Of a DNA stretch of 64,000 nucleotides, positions 50,418 to 63,391 are shown piece after piece (position 1 is the stretch's first letter; each line of letters starts with the position of its first letter). Under the pieces are notes generated by a model, which was given only the letters and a program-made list of their open reading frames with translations, made no database searches and was not told the DNA's origin. Location of the stretch: contig NC_069004.1 of the NCBI RefSeq assembly GCF_001194135.2, positions 31,412,775 through 31,476,774 of the forward strand. The letters are read 5' to 3'. The position numbers and the translations under genes are program-made. This DNA is from Octopus bimaculoides (taxonomy: Eukaryota).

Positions 50418-50597
50418 CATTCAAATCCAAAGATCCAATTTCTGCGGATAAAACGGATTCGTATTGACATAGGAGAATTACTGGAAACACACAAATGATT
50501 TTGTGTGCCATTATGTCATACGCAATTATAGTGAATAATAATGACTGCAGGAAATTGCAAAGGACACAGCTATTATTATTATTATTTTTATTATCAT

Positions 50598-50810
50598 TAA
50601 GGCAATGAGCTGGTAGAATCATTAGAACACCAGGCAAAATGCTTAGTGGTATTTCGCCAGTTGCTATGTTCTGAGTTCAAATTCTGCCAAGGTCAGCTTT
50701 TGCCGTTCATCCTTTCAAGGTCGATAAATTAAGTACCAGTTGTGTACTGGGGTCGATCTAATCAACTGGCCCCACTCCCTCAAATTTTAAGGGAAAGGGA
50801 TAAGTTGATT
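50598..50810 (+). mobile_element. SINE family B
   Basis: Forward copy; another lies at about 39625-39850. Confidence 0.85.
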
Positions 50811-50882
50811 ACATCAATCCCAGTACTTCACCAATAACAGCCCAATCTTCAGGAACTATTTTGAAATTGTTCCATTCAGTTA

Positions 50883-50935
50883 CCTTAGCCTGATGAGTTA
50901 GGTTAGACAAGCTCACAAAACTAAGTTGCAAGAGG
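50883..50935 (+). ncRNA. Decayed type I hammerhead ribozyme-like motif
   Basis: gc-CTGATGA-gttag...ctcac-(a)AAA-ctaagt-t-gc: exact CUGAUGA, 5-bp stem II with 1 mismatch, near-palindromic stem III. G12 is replaced by A. Confidence 0.5.
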
Positions 50936-50971
50936 CTGAACCAAAGTGTAATCAAATAATATATATATCTA

Positions 50972-51027
<56 letters not shown>

Positions 51028-53516
51028 NNNNNNNNNNNNNNNNNNNNNNNNNNNNNNNNNNNNNNNNNNNNNNNNNNNNNNNNNNNNNNNNNNNNNNNNN
51101 NNNNNNNNNNNNNNNNNNNNNNNNNNNNNNNNNNNNNNNNNNNNNNNNNNNNNNNNNNNNNNNNNNNNNNNNNNNNNNNNNNNNNNNNNNNNNNNNNNNN
51201 NNNNNNNNNNNNNNNNNNNNNNNNNNNNNNNNNNNNNNNNNNNNNNNNNNNNNNNNNNNNNNNNNNNNNNNNNNNNNNNNNNNNNNNNNNNNNNNNNNNN
51301 NNNNNNNNNNNNNNNNNNNNNNNNNNNNNNNNNNNNNNNNNNNNNNNNNNNNNNNNNNNNNNNNNNNNNNNNNNNNNNNNNNNNNNNNNNNNNNNNNNNN
51401 NNNNNNNNNNNNNNNNNNNNNNNNNNNNNNNNNNNNNNNNNNNNNNNNNNNNNNNNNNNNNNNNNNNNNNNNNNNNNNNNNNNNNNNNNNNNNNNNNNNN
51501 NNNNNNNNNNNNNNNNNNNNNNNNNNNNNNNNNNNNNNNNNNNNNNNNNNNNNNNNNNNNNNNNNNNNNNNNNNNNNNNNNNNNNNNNNNNNNNNNNNNN
51601 NNNNNNNNNNNNNNNNNNNNNNNNNNNNNNNNNNNNNNNNNNNNNNNNNNNNNNNNNNNNNNNNNNNNNNNNNNNNNNNNNNNNNNNNNNNNNNNNNNNN
51701 NNNNNNNNNNNNNNNNNNNNNNNNNNNNNNNNNNNNNNNNNNNNNNNNNNNNNNNNNNNNNNNNNNNNNNNNNNNNNNNNNNNNNNNNNNNNNNNNNNNN
51801 NNNNNNNNNNNNNNNNNNNNNNNNNNNNNNNNNNNNNNNNNNNNNNNNNNNNNNNNNNNNNNNNNNNNNNNNNNNNNNNNNNNCTGTATAGGAACAGGTG
51901 TAGATATGTGGTTAAGAGGTTCATTTTCCAATCCTGTGGTGTTGGGTTCAATATCACAACTCAGCACCTTCGGCAAGTGTCTTCTACTATAGTGGCCCTG
52001 GGCCAACCAAAGCCATCTAAGTGGATTTGGTAGATGAAGACTGAAAGGAGCCCATTGTGTGTGTGTGTGTGTATGTTTATGTGTATGTATCTGCAGTGTG
52101 CGTATATGTGTATATATATGAGTGTGTGTATATGACTGTGTGTGTGTGTACCCTTGCCTAGACATCACCTGATGTAAATAAGCATCACCATCATACAAGC
52201 AGGGTTGTTCATTTCCAGTCTTCCATGGGAAAACATGCCTGGCTACAGGGAAACATTTTGCTTGGAAACAAACACGGGGTGGCAACAGGAAGAGCATCTG
52301 GCCTTAGAAAAATCTGCCTCAGCAAATTCCATCTGACTCATGCAAACATGGAAAAGTAGACGTTAAAACTATGATGTATAATGGGTTCCATGCCAAAATA
52401 AGTCCAGAAAGAGCAGAGACAAGGTCTACTTCGTAACGTCTTATAACAGTAATACACTATCAGTTAGGGTGTGGCACTACTTCAGGGCTGATCTGCATGG
52501 AAAGGGCTGAAGTGAAGGAGATAAACTCGAGCAGTGTATCTCGGTTTAATTTATGTGTATCCGCAGTGAGAACTTGAAATGATAAGATAAGAGGGTGGAA
52601 CAGGTTCGAAAAAATCCATTGAGTTACAAGGAGAGACGCACCAGGAAGATTGTATCTGTAATATAGATTATCTCCTAGGATAAGCCAATTGGACACTGGG
52701 AATATACTCCATGCATAGAATATCGAAATCGTGTGTGTCTGTGTGTCCCACCAACACTTGATAACTGGTATTGGTGTGTTTAGGTGCCCTGTAGCTAAGC
52801 AGATCAGCAAAAGAGGCTGATAAAATACCAAAATTCTTCAAGGCGGTGCCCCAGCATGACCGCAGTCTAATAACTGAAACAGGTAAAAGATTAAAAAAAT
52901 AAAAGAGACAAAACTTCTAAAGAAATTAAGACAAAGTAATGAAATAAATGCTCGTTAGGGTTAAAAAAGAAGGATATGCACACAGTTAGTGTCATAGAGG
53001 TTAATGTTTCATTTAAATTGTTAGTTCGTTAAGTTAAATAATTAGTAATATATTTGGGAATGTTAAAATATTCAAAAAAAAAAATTATATAAAAACGGTA
53101 ATTTGCAGTTACGTTGTTTGAAAAACTCACACAAGACTAATCAAGGCAGTTAGGACATCTTTCTTGAAAATATCTGTAGAAAGAGATTGTTTTTTTTTTT
53201 TATGAAGGTAAATTTGTAAGTATTATTTCAGTAGAGTATATTAAAATTATTGAAGGTGAGGAGAAAATTGTGCTCGTTTTGGACAAACATGTTTCCACTT
53301 TTATACATTTTAGGTTAATAAGAAAACATATTGAGAATTGTGTAAAACAACTTTGTGGTCGAAAACCCCCAAGTTTATTACAGGAAAAAACTTTAAAATT
53401 GAGGGGTTTTTTTTTTTTACACAAAATTTAAGCGTTTATGGTGCACAGCATAGACATCATTATATATTACACATTACAATCAAATGTTGCATGGTTATCA
53501 CATACTATTTAATTAA

Positions 53517-53707
53517 CCCTTTGCCAGTCTGGTGTATCACATGTGATGATATACCAAATGTTTTTTCAGTCGCCAAAGTAATTTGAGATTTGTGAAAGGA
53601 AAGCTTTATATTGCTCAGAGCGTGTGAAACAAAGACTAACTAAAAGCCTGAAAACAAGGATGGACGTTTAGGACAAACTCATGAAAATACTTTGGACCGG
53701 CAAAGGG
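53517..53707. mobile_element. piggyBac-type MITE
   Basis: TTAA|ccctttgccagtc ... gaccggcaaaggg|TTAA: 13-bp TIRs with 1 mismatch and a TTAA target duplication. Confidence 0.85.
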
Positions 53708-54671
53708 TTAATGTAACACATGGTATAATTAAAACATAAAACTGTCATCTCATATTTTATAATTATTAGCACATACTGCATATTTATTTGTGTACATTCC
53801 ACACTGTCATTACACGCTGCATAATCATCATTAAAAAGTATTCGTCACATTATTATATTGCATATTTATCATGTGTAACAATTAATTAAGTTCAAATAAT
53901 GTACATTTTTTATCACAAATTGCATATATACCTGCACACATTGCATAATTGGGATCATATATATGAATCCATCTCCAGCAGATGATAAACAGCATATAGC
54001 ATTGTGTGTGTGTGTGTGTGTATATAATCATCATTATTACTTTGCGTCCGTATTACTTGGCATAGGTTAGATGGTTTGACTGGAAATGGTAAGCCAGAGA
54101 GCCACATAGGGTTCCAGTCTGTTTTGGCTTGGCTTCTATGGCCGGATGCCCTTCCTTGTCACCATTTTAAAACCACATTTCCACTTTTCTATGTTTGCCT
54201 GGGTTCTGACAATTTATTCAGCCCTTCTACAGCCCTTCCTGGATGTCCTTCCTCTCACCAACCCTCGCCTGTTTCCAAGCAAGGTGATATATTTCCCTGA
54301 CCGAACATGTTTTCATAGAATATTGCAAACGCATGACACTGCTTGTATGGATCCATTTATGTCCGTCATGCAACATCAAGACAAGAAGACACAAGCATAT
54401 AATACATACACGCGATTACAAGTAAGATCACTGTCATCAAATCATCGCAGGAGAGAGTTCACCGTGAAGAAAGTTCACCACGTGGGAAGTTCACCGTGAG
54501 GAAAATATATCCATAGTCTCTTGCCATTAATAATTAAAAACTATTTTATTGAAAAAGAAATGGTGAAATGATGAACAGTGAACTTTCTCTACATTAAATT
54601 TATGACAATGAACTTACCACACATGCATACACACAAACACAGAGATTTTTTTACATACACATGTATGTGTG

Positions 54672-54898
54672 TGTTATTTCTTTACAACCCACAAGGGGCT
54701 ACACGCAGAGGGAACAAACAAGGACAAACAAATGGATTAAGTCGATTATACCGACCCCAGTGCGCAACTGGTACTTATTTAATCGACCCCGAAAGGATGA
54801 AAGGCAAAGTTGACGTCGGCGGAATTTGAACTCAGAACGTAAAGCCAGACGAAATACCTCTAAGCATTTCGTCCGGCGTGCTAACGTTTCTGCCAACG
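54672..54898 (-). mobile_element. SINE family B, young subfamily
   Basis: Matches 18305-18537. Confidence 0.88.
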
Positions 54899-55602
54899 TT
54901 TCTGTGTGTACAAAAAATTGCCAGTACCCGTTCCCCACCATGCTATATATACGGCAGGGTCGATGACAGAGTGCTGCCATTTGTCACCTTAAAAAGCCCT
55001 GTTCCAGCTTCACCTGCAGTTCATAACATCAAAGCTGAACAAGTCACGAAGTTCTAAACACAACACCCGGGGGGGNNNNNNNNNNNNNNNNNNNNNNNNN
55101 NNNNNNNNNNNNNNGGGGGGGGGGCAAGGGTCATAAATCCCACCACCACCACCGTCTCATCTTTAATCCCCAGAATTATTCCACAGGCCAAAGACTAAAT
55201 TAAACTCCATTATAGGCCAGTATATTAATTAAGTAATCAATGTTTTGTAATTAAACAGACGAGTATATACTGTAATTACTTTTCTGATCATAGGATAATT
55301 TGTCGGTTATTTTTCTAGTTATACACTCACTGCTGCAGTGTTGAATGTTGAAATTATTTACACACATTAAAACTGCTAATTATCTTAGTACGGATTACTA
55401 ATTATATTGCCATTATGTCTTATTGTCTTCTTCACCCACTCTCTTTACATGACTACTGGCAATCTTAATTATATATATATACACAAATATACACCCACAC
55501 ACACACATATACACCTACACACAAATATACACACACACACAAATATATACACACACACAAATATACACCCACACACACACACATATACACCTACACACAA
55601 AT

Positions 55603-55634
<32 letters not shown>

Positions 55635-56254
55635 GCATGGGTACATGGCTAAGAAACTTGCTTCCCAGCCTCGTGGCTTCAGGTTCAGTCGCACTGTGTG
55701 TCGCCTTGGACAAGTGACTTCTACTATAGCCTCAGGCCAACCAAAGCTTTGCGAGTTGANNNNNNNNNNNNNNNNNNNNNNNNNNNNNNNNNNNNNNNNN
55801 NNNNNNNNNNNNNNNNNNNNNNNNNNNNNNNNNNNNNNNNNNNNNNNNNNNNNNNNNNNNNNNNNNNNNNNNNNNNNNNNNNNNNNNNNNNNNNNNNNNN
55901 NNNNNNNNNNNNNNNNNNNNNNNNNNNNNNNNNNNNNNNNNNNNNNNNNNNNNNNNNNNNNNNNNNNNNNNNNNNNNNNNNNNNNNNNNNNNNNNNNNNN
56001 NNNNNNNNNNNNNNNNNNNNNNNNNNNNNNNNNNNNNNNNNNNNNNNNNNNNNNNNNNNNNNNNNNNNNNNNNNNNNNNNNNNNNNNNNNNNNNNNNNNN
56101 NNNNNNNNNNNNNNNNNNNNNNNNNNNNNNNNNNNNNNNNNNNNNNNNNNNNNNNNNNNNNNNNNNNNNNNNNNNNNNNNNNNNNNNNNNNNNNNNNNNN
56201 NNNNNNNNNNNNNNNNNNNNNNNNNNNNNNNNNNNNNNNNNNNNTATATATATT

Positions 56255-56286
<32 letters not shown>

Positions 56287-59200
56287 TACATACACATGCA
56301 CAAATATACTTAGAATGTCTCAATTAATCAAATTGTGTTGTTAATGAGGTACCAGAACTATCTGGAAAGGAAGGGAGATAATAAAAAAGGGAGTTAAGCA
56401 GGGATAACTTGGGTAAAATTTAAATTTTAAAAATTGAAAAAACATTAATTAAAATCTTACCGATATGTGGTGGTAATTAACCCAATCAAGGTGTTGTAAT
56501 CCAGTGCTGTCCATCGTCTCTAAGCAGAGAACATTCAACAAGATTCTTGCTTTGCTGTTATGATAATGTTAATTCAAGATAATCCCAAAGATTATCAGTT
56601 TCATTGGTTGGTCCTTAAACTGAAAATAGAAAATAAAAAATGATTTTAGGCACAAAGCCAGCAATTTAAGGTGTGGGGGGATAAGTCAATGCCACTGACC
56701 TCAGTACATGACCGGTACTTTATTTTCTTGACCTCTCCAAATGGATGAAAGTTGACATCAGTGGCATTTGAGCTCAGAATGAGAACCAGAAGTTGTGGTA
56801 GTTGTGCAGGTAGTAGTTGATGGTGGTATTAATTGTAAATGTAGTGGTGTTGGTGGTGGTATGTGCAAAAGTAGCAGTGTTGGTAACATGAACTCCTAAT
56901 TAGTATAATGAATGTTGTACATTTGTTTAAATAATTAAAACCTGCCAGTCACATGGCACAAGCATGAGTTTTATGTGAACTTGTGTTTTATATATTTTGC
57001 AATTTAAATAAGCATACAATTCGTTACTATTATGTTAAACTGTTGTATGTCCAAATTTGGCCAAATGTGTTTTTTTTTCAATATATATTTTTGCTTGCAA
57101 TAGCCAGTTCTTTTGGTCAAACTATTCTACCTGCAGCAGCTTCAGATGCCAAGATATCGAAAATTGTCAAAGACTAATACAACAGTTTTGCTATGGAATG
57201 GTGAAACTATTTTTTCATTTACTGAAAAAGCAACATTTTGGACTTGATAGTAACAAATTGATTTCATCGTTACAGGATCACAGTTAATATTGTTACCCCT
57301 TCTCATATGTTCTGCTGTTGCTTGTGCTTCTGCTACAGCAATATAGGAATTTGCAGTTTACGGCTGTTTGATCCTCGTTCCTATGCCAGTGCTTATGAAA
57401 TAAGCAAATTAGAAAACTTGACAGTAGCTACGGCAACGATAGCAGTAGCGGCCACAGCGAAGAAGAGCCAACAATTGAAAATGGCCACAGTCCAGATAAC
57501 TCGAGAGAGCTTGCCATCAAATACAGAAATCTTTCCAAGTGTGATTTCAACATAAGATTTGTTAAATATGAAGATTTGCCACAAAGATAATAAAAAACAA
57601 AGTAAAGTAGGAAATACATGGGAAAAGGGGCTTCCAGCCAAGAAAAGGTCTGTTGCAGGAGCAAATACAAATGATAAGAGTAGGTAAATTTCTGGAAATT
57701 TTATTTTAATGTTTGCAGTGAATGGTAGCAAGTGATTAGATTGGTTACTTTGTTTAATTTTCTAGATAGAGCCATTCCAACTTATGTACCTGCACTATAC
57801 AATGGGAAGGAAGTCAAGACAGAATTTAAACTATTTTAAATAGCATTAAGATATATGTGTAAGTGCATGTGTATATATACATGTCTGTGTGTGTGTGTGT
57901 GTGTGTATAGCTACAGGTGGAGCCATCTTGCCTCCTATCCACACGGTTTTAGGTTCAATTTCCACAGTACAACAGCTTGGGCAAATTTTTCATACTATAA
58001 TCCTCCCAAGTGATGCAAGTGAATTTGGCAAACAGAAACTGTAAGAAGCCCATAATGTGTGTGTGTGTGTTTCTCCTTGTCTTCATATCATGTGGTTGTT
58101 GTAAATGAATGTCATTCATTGGCAATATTCTGAATAAAGCATGCCTGGCCAATACGAGAGGGGAAGACATGGGGATATTATCTTGCTTGGAAACAGGTGA
58201 GGATTGGTGAGAGGAAAGGCATCCAGTCTCAGAAACAAAAAAACACTGCCTCAGTAAAGCTACACCCAACCCACGCAACCATAGAAAAGTGGACATTAAA
58301 ACAACATTAATGATGAGGATACAGACATACAGACAGACACACAAATATATAAAATAGGAGACAAGAATCTGGTGCAAACTGAAAACATATGAATTATAAA
58401 TATAATCTGCTGATAAATATATAATGTGTGTGTGTATCTATGTTATAAAGCATACATGTGTGTATACATGATATATATATATAGACACACACTGTAAATA
58501 AACAAACAAAGATCAAAACAAAACAAAAAAAGCATTAATGGCAATATTGTGTGAGTGGAGATGAAGATTCTAAACGTTTGGAGAACGACCATTTTTTTTT
58601 TTCTAATTATTTATTTCTATATTTCTTTGTTTATTTTGGAGATTGGCAAAGGAAAAAGAGCTAAAAAGGATGAAGTAATAATAATAAAAATTGTGGAACA
58701 GAGGAGAAAGAGAGACACAGAGAGAATGAGAGAGACAGAGAGAGGGCGAGAGACACGAGATCAGCAAATTTTTATTATTTTTTTTTTTTATGTCCCATAA
58801 AAAGTTTAGCTAAATTTAGCTGCGAACATTTCACCAGTCTTGGAGACAAACAAATGAGCACCAAATTAATAGTTTGTATAAAAGGAAACTGGAGATGTGT
58901 GTGTGTGTGTGTATACACACACATACACGCATACACAAAGTTAACTAGAAGAATATATGAGGTTGTGTATCTGTGTATGTATGTATATGTGTGTATAGAT
59001 TATATATACACACATATATCGGAAATGAGCTGAGTGTGTGTGTGTATATATATAAGCTGCACATACACATATAGGTACATACATACACGCATACACAACC
59101 TCATATAGTCTTCTAGTTAACTTTAATGTTTCTGTGAGCGTGTTTATATATATAATCCACACACATATATATGTACATACATACACGCATACACAACCTC

Positions 59201-59532
59201 ATATTCTTCTAGTTAACTTTTTGTGTATGTGTGTTTGTGTGTGTGAGTGTGTGTATACACACACTCACACACACACATGGGAGGGAGTTGAGTGTGTGTG
59301 CGTGTATACATACACATATATACCCTTATATACATCCAAATATATATACACATATATTGCTCATTTTAAAACAATATACATACATACACCCCCACATATT
59401 TGAGAGGGAGTTAGATGGATATTTGAGAGGGAGTTATATGTACATACAAACATACAAAGATACATAGTGCTTGTTTTTTTAAACAATTTGACATTAAACT
59501 GAACGATTGTTGAATACCTTACAGTAACATAC

Positions 59533-59565
<33 letters not shown>

Positions 59566-59689
59566 CAAGGTGCATTGTCAGAGTTAAAATGATTTAAAGA
59601 GAGGGAGTTATAAAATTCCTAGATTATTCTAATTTTAGTATAGCATTATTAGACCTCTAATAAGCTGACCTGTCACCTTTTTTTTTATT

Positions 59690-60055
59690 CCAGATTGAAG
59701 GAGATGGTAGTGACAATACTTTGAACACATTCTGCTAAACACTGCTTGCCACAATTCCATTTTTGGTAACCAACCGTTTGATGGAGATGGGCATCAAAAC
59801 TGACCCTCACCCTTCCTACAATCTAGATTTTGCTCCCCTAAGACTTCTGAAAGAGAACCTCAGGAGCCATCCTTTTGAATATGAAGGAGGCTATGTCAAG
59901 GGTCTTCACTTTAAATGTCTTCCATGGGGCCTTCACGAAGTGGGTGGAGTGCTACCAAAGAGCACAGAAGAGACTAGAGGTTCGTCCTTCTTTTGAAATC
60001 AATAAATGGTCCCTCTCCTAAAAAGGTCTGAAAACTTTTGGAATGCACCTCAGGT
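59690..60055 (+). mobile_element. Decayed mariner 3' fragment
   Basis: VTNRLMEMGIKTDPHPSYNLDFAP (HPPYSPDLAP-like), followed by TIR-like aaaacttttggaatgcacctc. Confidence 0.75.
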
Positions 60056-61944
60056 ATGTACATCTTTTCATCTTTTACTTGTTTGAGTCATTAGACTGCA
60101 GCCATGCTGGAGCACTGCATTGAATTTCTAATCGAATGAATCAATTCCAGTCCTTATGTGGGTGGGAAACAAGCTTCTTACCACAGAGATACCTGCACCT
60201 ATATATATATATATTACAACAATAAACTGGAATAAGAAAAGTCCTGCTCCCTCCAATTTAGAATTTGTCTTTGGTAAAGTCTGGTTTCTTTATAGAACAG
60301 TTTGACCTAAATTGTTGTTTTCTCCAGAATTTTTTTTTTGTAACAGACACTTTTAAAAATTGCATGTATGTGTGTGTGTATGTATGTATGTGTGTGTGTG
60401 TATATAATATAGCTACAGTTAAGCGTCTAAATATACTGGAAAAAACAATCTGTATGTGCAGTGACTAAAATAAATATTCATGAAACTCTCCCTCTCTCTA
60501 CATACATACATAGATATATATATGTATATATATGTATGTATGTATGTGTATCGCAGTATGCTTACACAACACATTCCCTCCCAGACAGTCATATATTTTT
60601 TGTGCACACACCAGAACATATGGAGAAGAAAGAGCACAACTACATTCTGTTGATAGATGCCTAACGCAACCCCAGGACCAAAAAATTGACAGCAAAATGG
60701 TGATGATAACTATAATGCTGATGGTAGCAGTGGTGGCAGTAATGATGATAGTGGTGATGACAGAGGTGGTGGCGATGACTGTGGTGGAGGCGGTGATTCT
60801 GAGAATGGTAGTAGCAGTGGTGATGGTGGTGATGATGATGATGGGTGGTGCTAGTGGTGGTGACGGTGGTGGTAGCAGGGGTGGTGATGGTAATAGTGGT
60901 GATTATGATGATGGTGGTGGTGGTGGTGGATAAGGCTGTATAAAGCTGCCAGATTAAACAACAACAACAACAGCAACAGCATCATAGCATATCAGACGGA
61001 ACTTCTCTCACTTTGGTCAGAAGCCAATCTGTCAAGGAAAAGGTATGCAGACAAAACCCTACTGTGGCTTCACACCAGATTCCTTAATTAACAAGCGAGG
61101 TGTAGTCATACACACCAACATGCATACTCTAGAAATATAAAAAAAAATATATGTATATATAGATATATATATAGGAGTGGCTGTGTAGTAAGTAGTTTGC
61201 TTAGCAACCACATGGTTCCGGGTTCAGTCCCACTGTGTGGCACTTTGGGCAAGTGTCTTCTACTATAGCCTCGGGCTGACAAAAGCCAGACATAAACTGG
61301 TAGGGGAGGGGGTTACATATAATGGAATGATAAAAAAAAAAGAAAAGAAAAAATTGAAAGTATACACAGTATAAAGCAGTAAAAAAAAATAATGATTATT
61401 ATTGTTATCATTATTATTATTACTCTTTCTATTTTAGGCACAAGGACTTNNNNNNNNNNNNNNNNNNNNNNNNNNNNNNNNNNNNNNNNNNNNNNNNNNN
61501 NNNNNNNNNNNNNNNNNNNNNNNNNNNNNNNNNNNNNNNNNNNNNNNNNNNNNNNNNNNNNNNNNNNNNNNNNNNNNNNNNNNNNNNNNNNNNNNNNNNN
61601 NNNNNNNNNNNNNNNNNNNNNNNNNNNNNNNNNNNNNNNNNNNNNNNNNNNNNNNNNNNNNNNNNNNNNNNNNNNNNNNNNNNNNNNNNNNNNNNNNNNN
61701 NNNNNNNNNNNNNNNNNNNNNNNNNNNNNNNNNNNNNNNNNNNNNNNNNNNNNNNNNNNNNNNNNNNNNNNNNNNNNNNNNNNNNNNNNNNNNNNNNNNN
61801 NNNNNNNNNNNNNNNNNNNNNNNNNNNNNNCAGTGTTTCACTGATACTTAATGTATTGACCTCGAAAGGATGAAAAGCAAAGCCAACCTCAGTGGAATTT
61901 GATGATAATATTAATAACAACGGATGCTCTTTTACTATTTTTTT

Positions 61945-62225
61945 TTTTACTCTTTTACTTGTTTCAGTCATTTGACTGCGGCCATGCTGGAGCACCGCCT
62001 TTAGTCAAGCAAATCGACCCCAGGACTTATTCTTTGGAAGCCTAGTACTTATTCTATCGGTCTGTTTTGCCGAACCACTAAGTTACGGGGGACGTAAACA
62101 CTCACAAGGCTTTGGTCGGCCCGATGCTATAGTAGAAGACACTTGCCCAAAGTACCACACAGTGGGACTGAACCCAGAACCATGTGGTTGGTGAGCAAAC
62201 TTCTTACCACACAGCCACTCCTGCC
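61945..62225 (-). mobile_element. SINE family A with an internal deletion
   Basis: Tail joined directly to the head. Plus-strand head copies lie at about 39880, 51895, 55625, 57910 and 61174. Confidence 0.8.
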
Positions 62226-62626
62226 CCTTTATACACATATATATATGTGCCTATACACACACACACACACAGGGCTTTCAAACAGTTTCCATCTACCAAA
62301 TTCACTCACAAAGCATTAATAAGCTCAAGGCTAACTAGAAAACACTTGAGCCCTTGAAGAAGGCTGAGTGCAGTGAGGTAGAACTGAAGACCAGATAGCG
62401 ACAAAGTGAACTTGTTGTTCATACAGCCATGTTTGTGCCTGTGCACACAGACACACACTCTTCTACAGATGTATATACACACACATATTCATATGGTAAT
62501 CTATATAGACAGCAGTAGTCATTTATGCGTTGTGGAGTGACTCAGCTTGTAAGTAGTCTCTTCTGGAGACCTGTTCATAGTTGGATGAGTGCAAACACTA
62601 GTGTTGTTATACAATCTGAATAGTTT

Positions 62627-62710
<84 letters not shown>

Positions 62711-63029
62711 GATGGGGGGCTTCTTTCAGTTTCTGTCTACCAAATCCACTCACAAGGCTTTGATCAGCCCGAGGCCATAGTAAAAGACACTTGCCCAAGG
62801 TAGGACTGAACCATGTGGTTGGGAAGCAAGTTTCTTACCACACAACCTGCCAACACACACAAAAACAGACATATAAATATATGCAGGTTGTCTGGTAAGA
62901 AGCTTGCACAACCTGTGTGGTTCAGTCCTACTGAGTGGTACCTTGGGCAAGTGTCTTTTACTATGGTCTCGGGCTGATCAAAGCCTTGTGAGTGGATTTG
63001 GTAGACAGAAACTGAAAGAAGCCCATCAT
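62711..63029. mobile_element. Head-to-head inverted pair of SINE A 5' halves
   Basis: 62711-62850 (-) and 62883-63029 (+) are reverse complements separated by a 32-nt spacer. Confidence 0.9.
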
Positions 63030-63039
63030 ATATATATTG

Positions 63040-63391
63040 CCCAGCGTCGCCTTTCTGGCACTTGTGCCTGTGGCATGTGTAAGGACTTTCGAGCAAGATC
63101 ATTGCCAGTGCTCCTGGACTGGCTCTTGTGCGGATGGCACATAAAATACACCATTTTGACCGTGGCCGTTGCCAGTACCGCCTGACTGGCCTTCGTGCCG
63201 GTGGCACGTAAAAAGCACCCACTACACTCTCGGAGTGGTTGGCGTTAGGAAGGGCATCCAGCTGCAGAAACTCTGCCAAATCAGATTGGAGCCTGGTGTA
63301 GCCATCTGGATCACCAGTCCTCAGTCAAATCGTCCAACCCATGCTAGCATGGAAAGCGGATGTTAAACGTTGATGATGATGATGATGATGA
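63040..63391 (+). mobile_element. Family C copy with 5' tandem modules
   Basis: Same body, (GAT)n tail. Confidence 0.85.

Larger units (their letters stand above)
867..61830. other. Assembly gaps (about 867-1721, 5774-5858, 11204-11608, 16117, 17245-17674, 18623-19016, 19989, 33390-33916, 47804, 51028-51884, 55077-55113, 55760-56244, 61450-61830)
   Basis: N runs, mostly abutting (TA)n/(TG)n tracts or SINEs, typical of a short-read assembly. Exons hidden in gaps cannot be excluded. Confidence 0.98.

Noticed and set aside
57527-57550. NLSKCDF, identical to a stretch of human topoisomerase I as recalled
   Set aside because: Flanking residues show no TOP1 similarity; a 7-aa coincidence.
715-61995. 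Long ORFs in the track that contain X runs
   Set aside because: They are long only because N gaps contain no stop codons.
63165-63225. Twister-like words (ccgcctg, tgccggt, gtaaaa) in family C
   Set aside because: Missing the CCCAAGCCCGG segment and pseudoknot partners.
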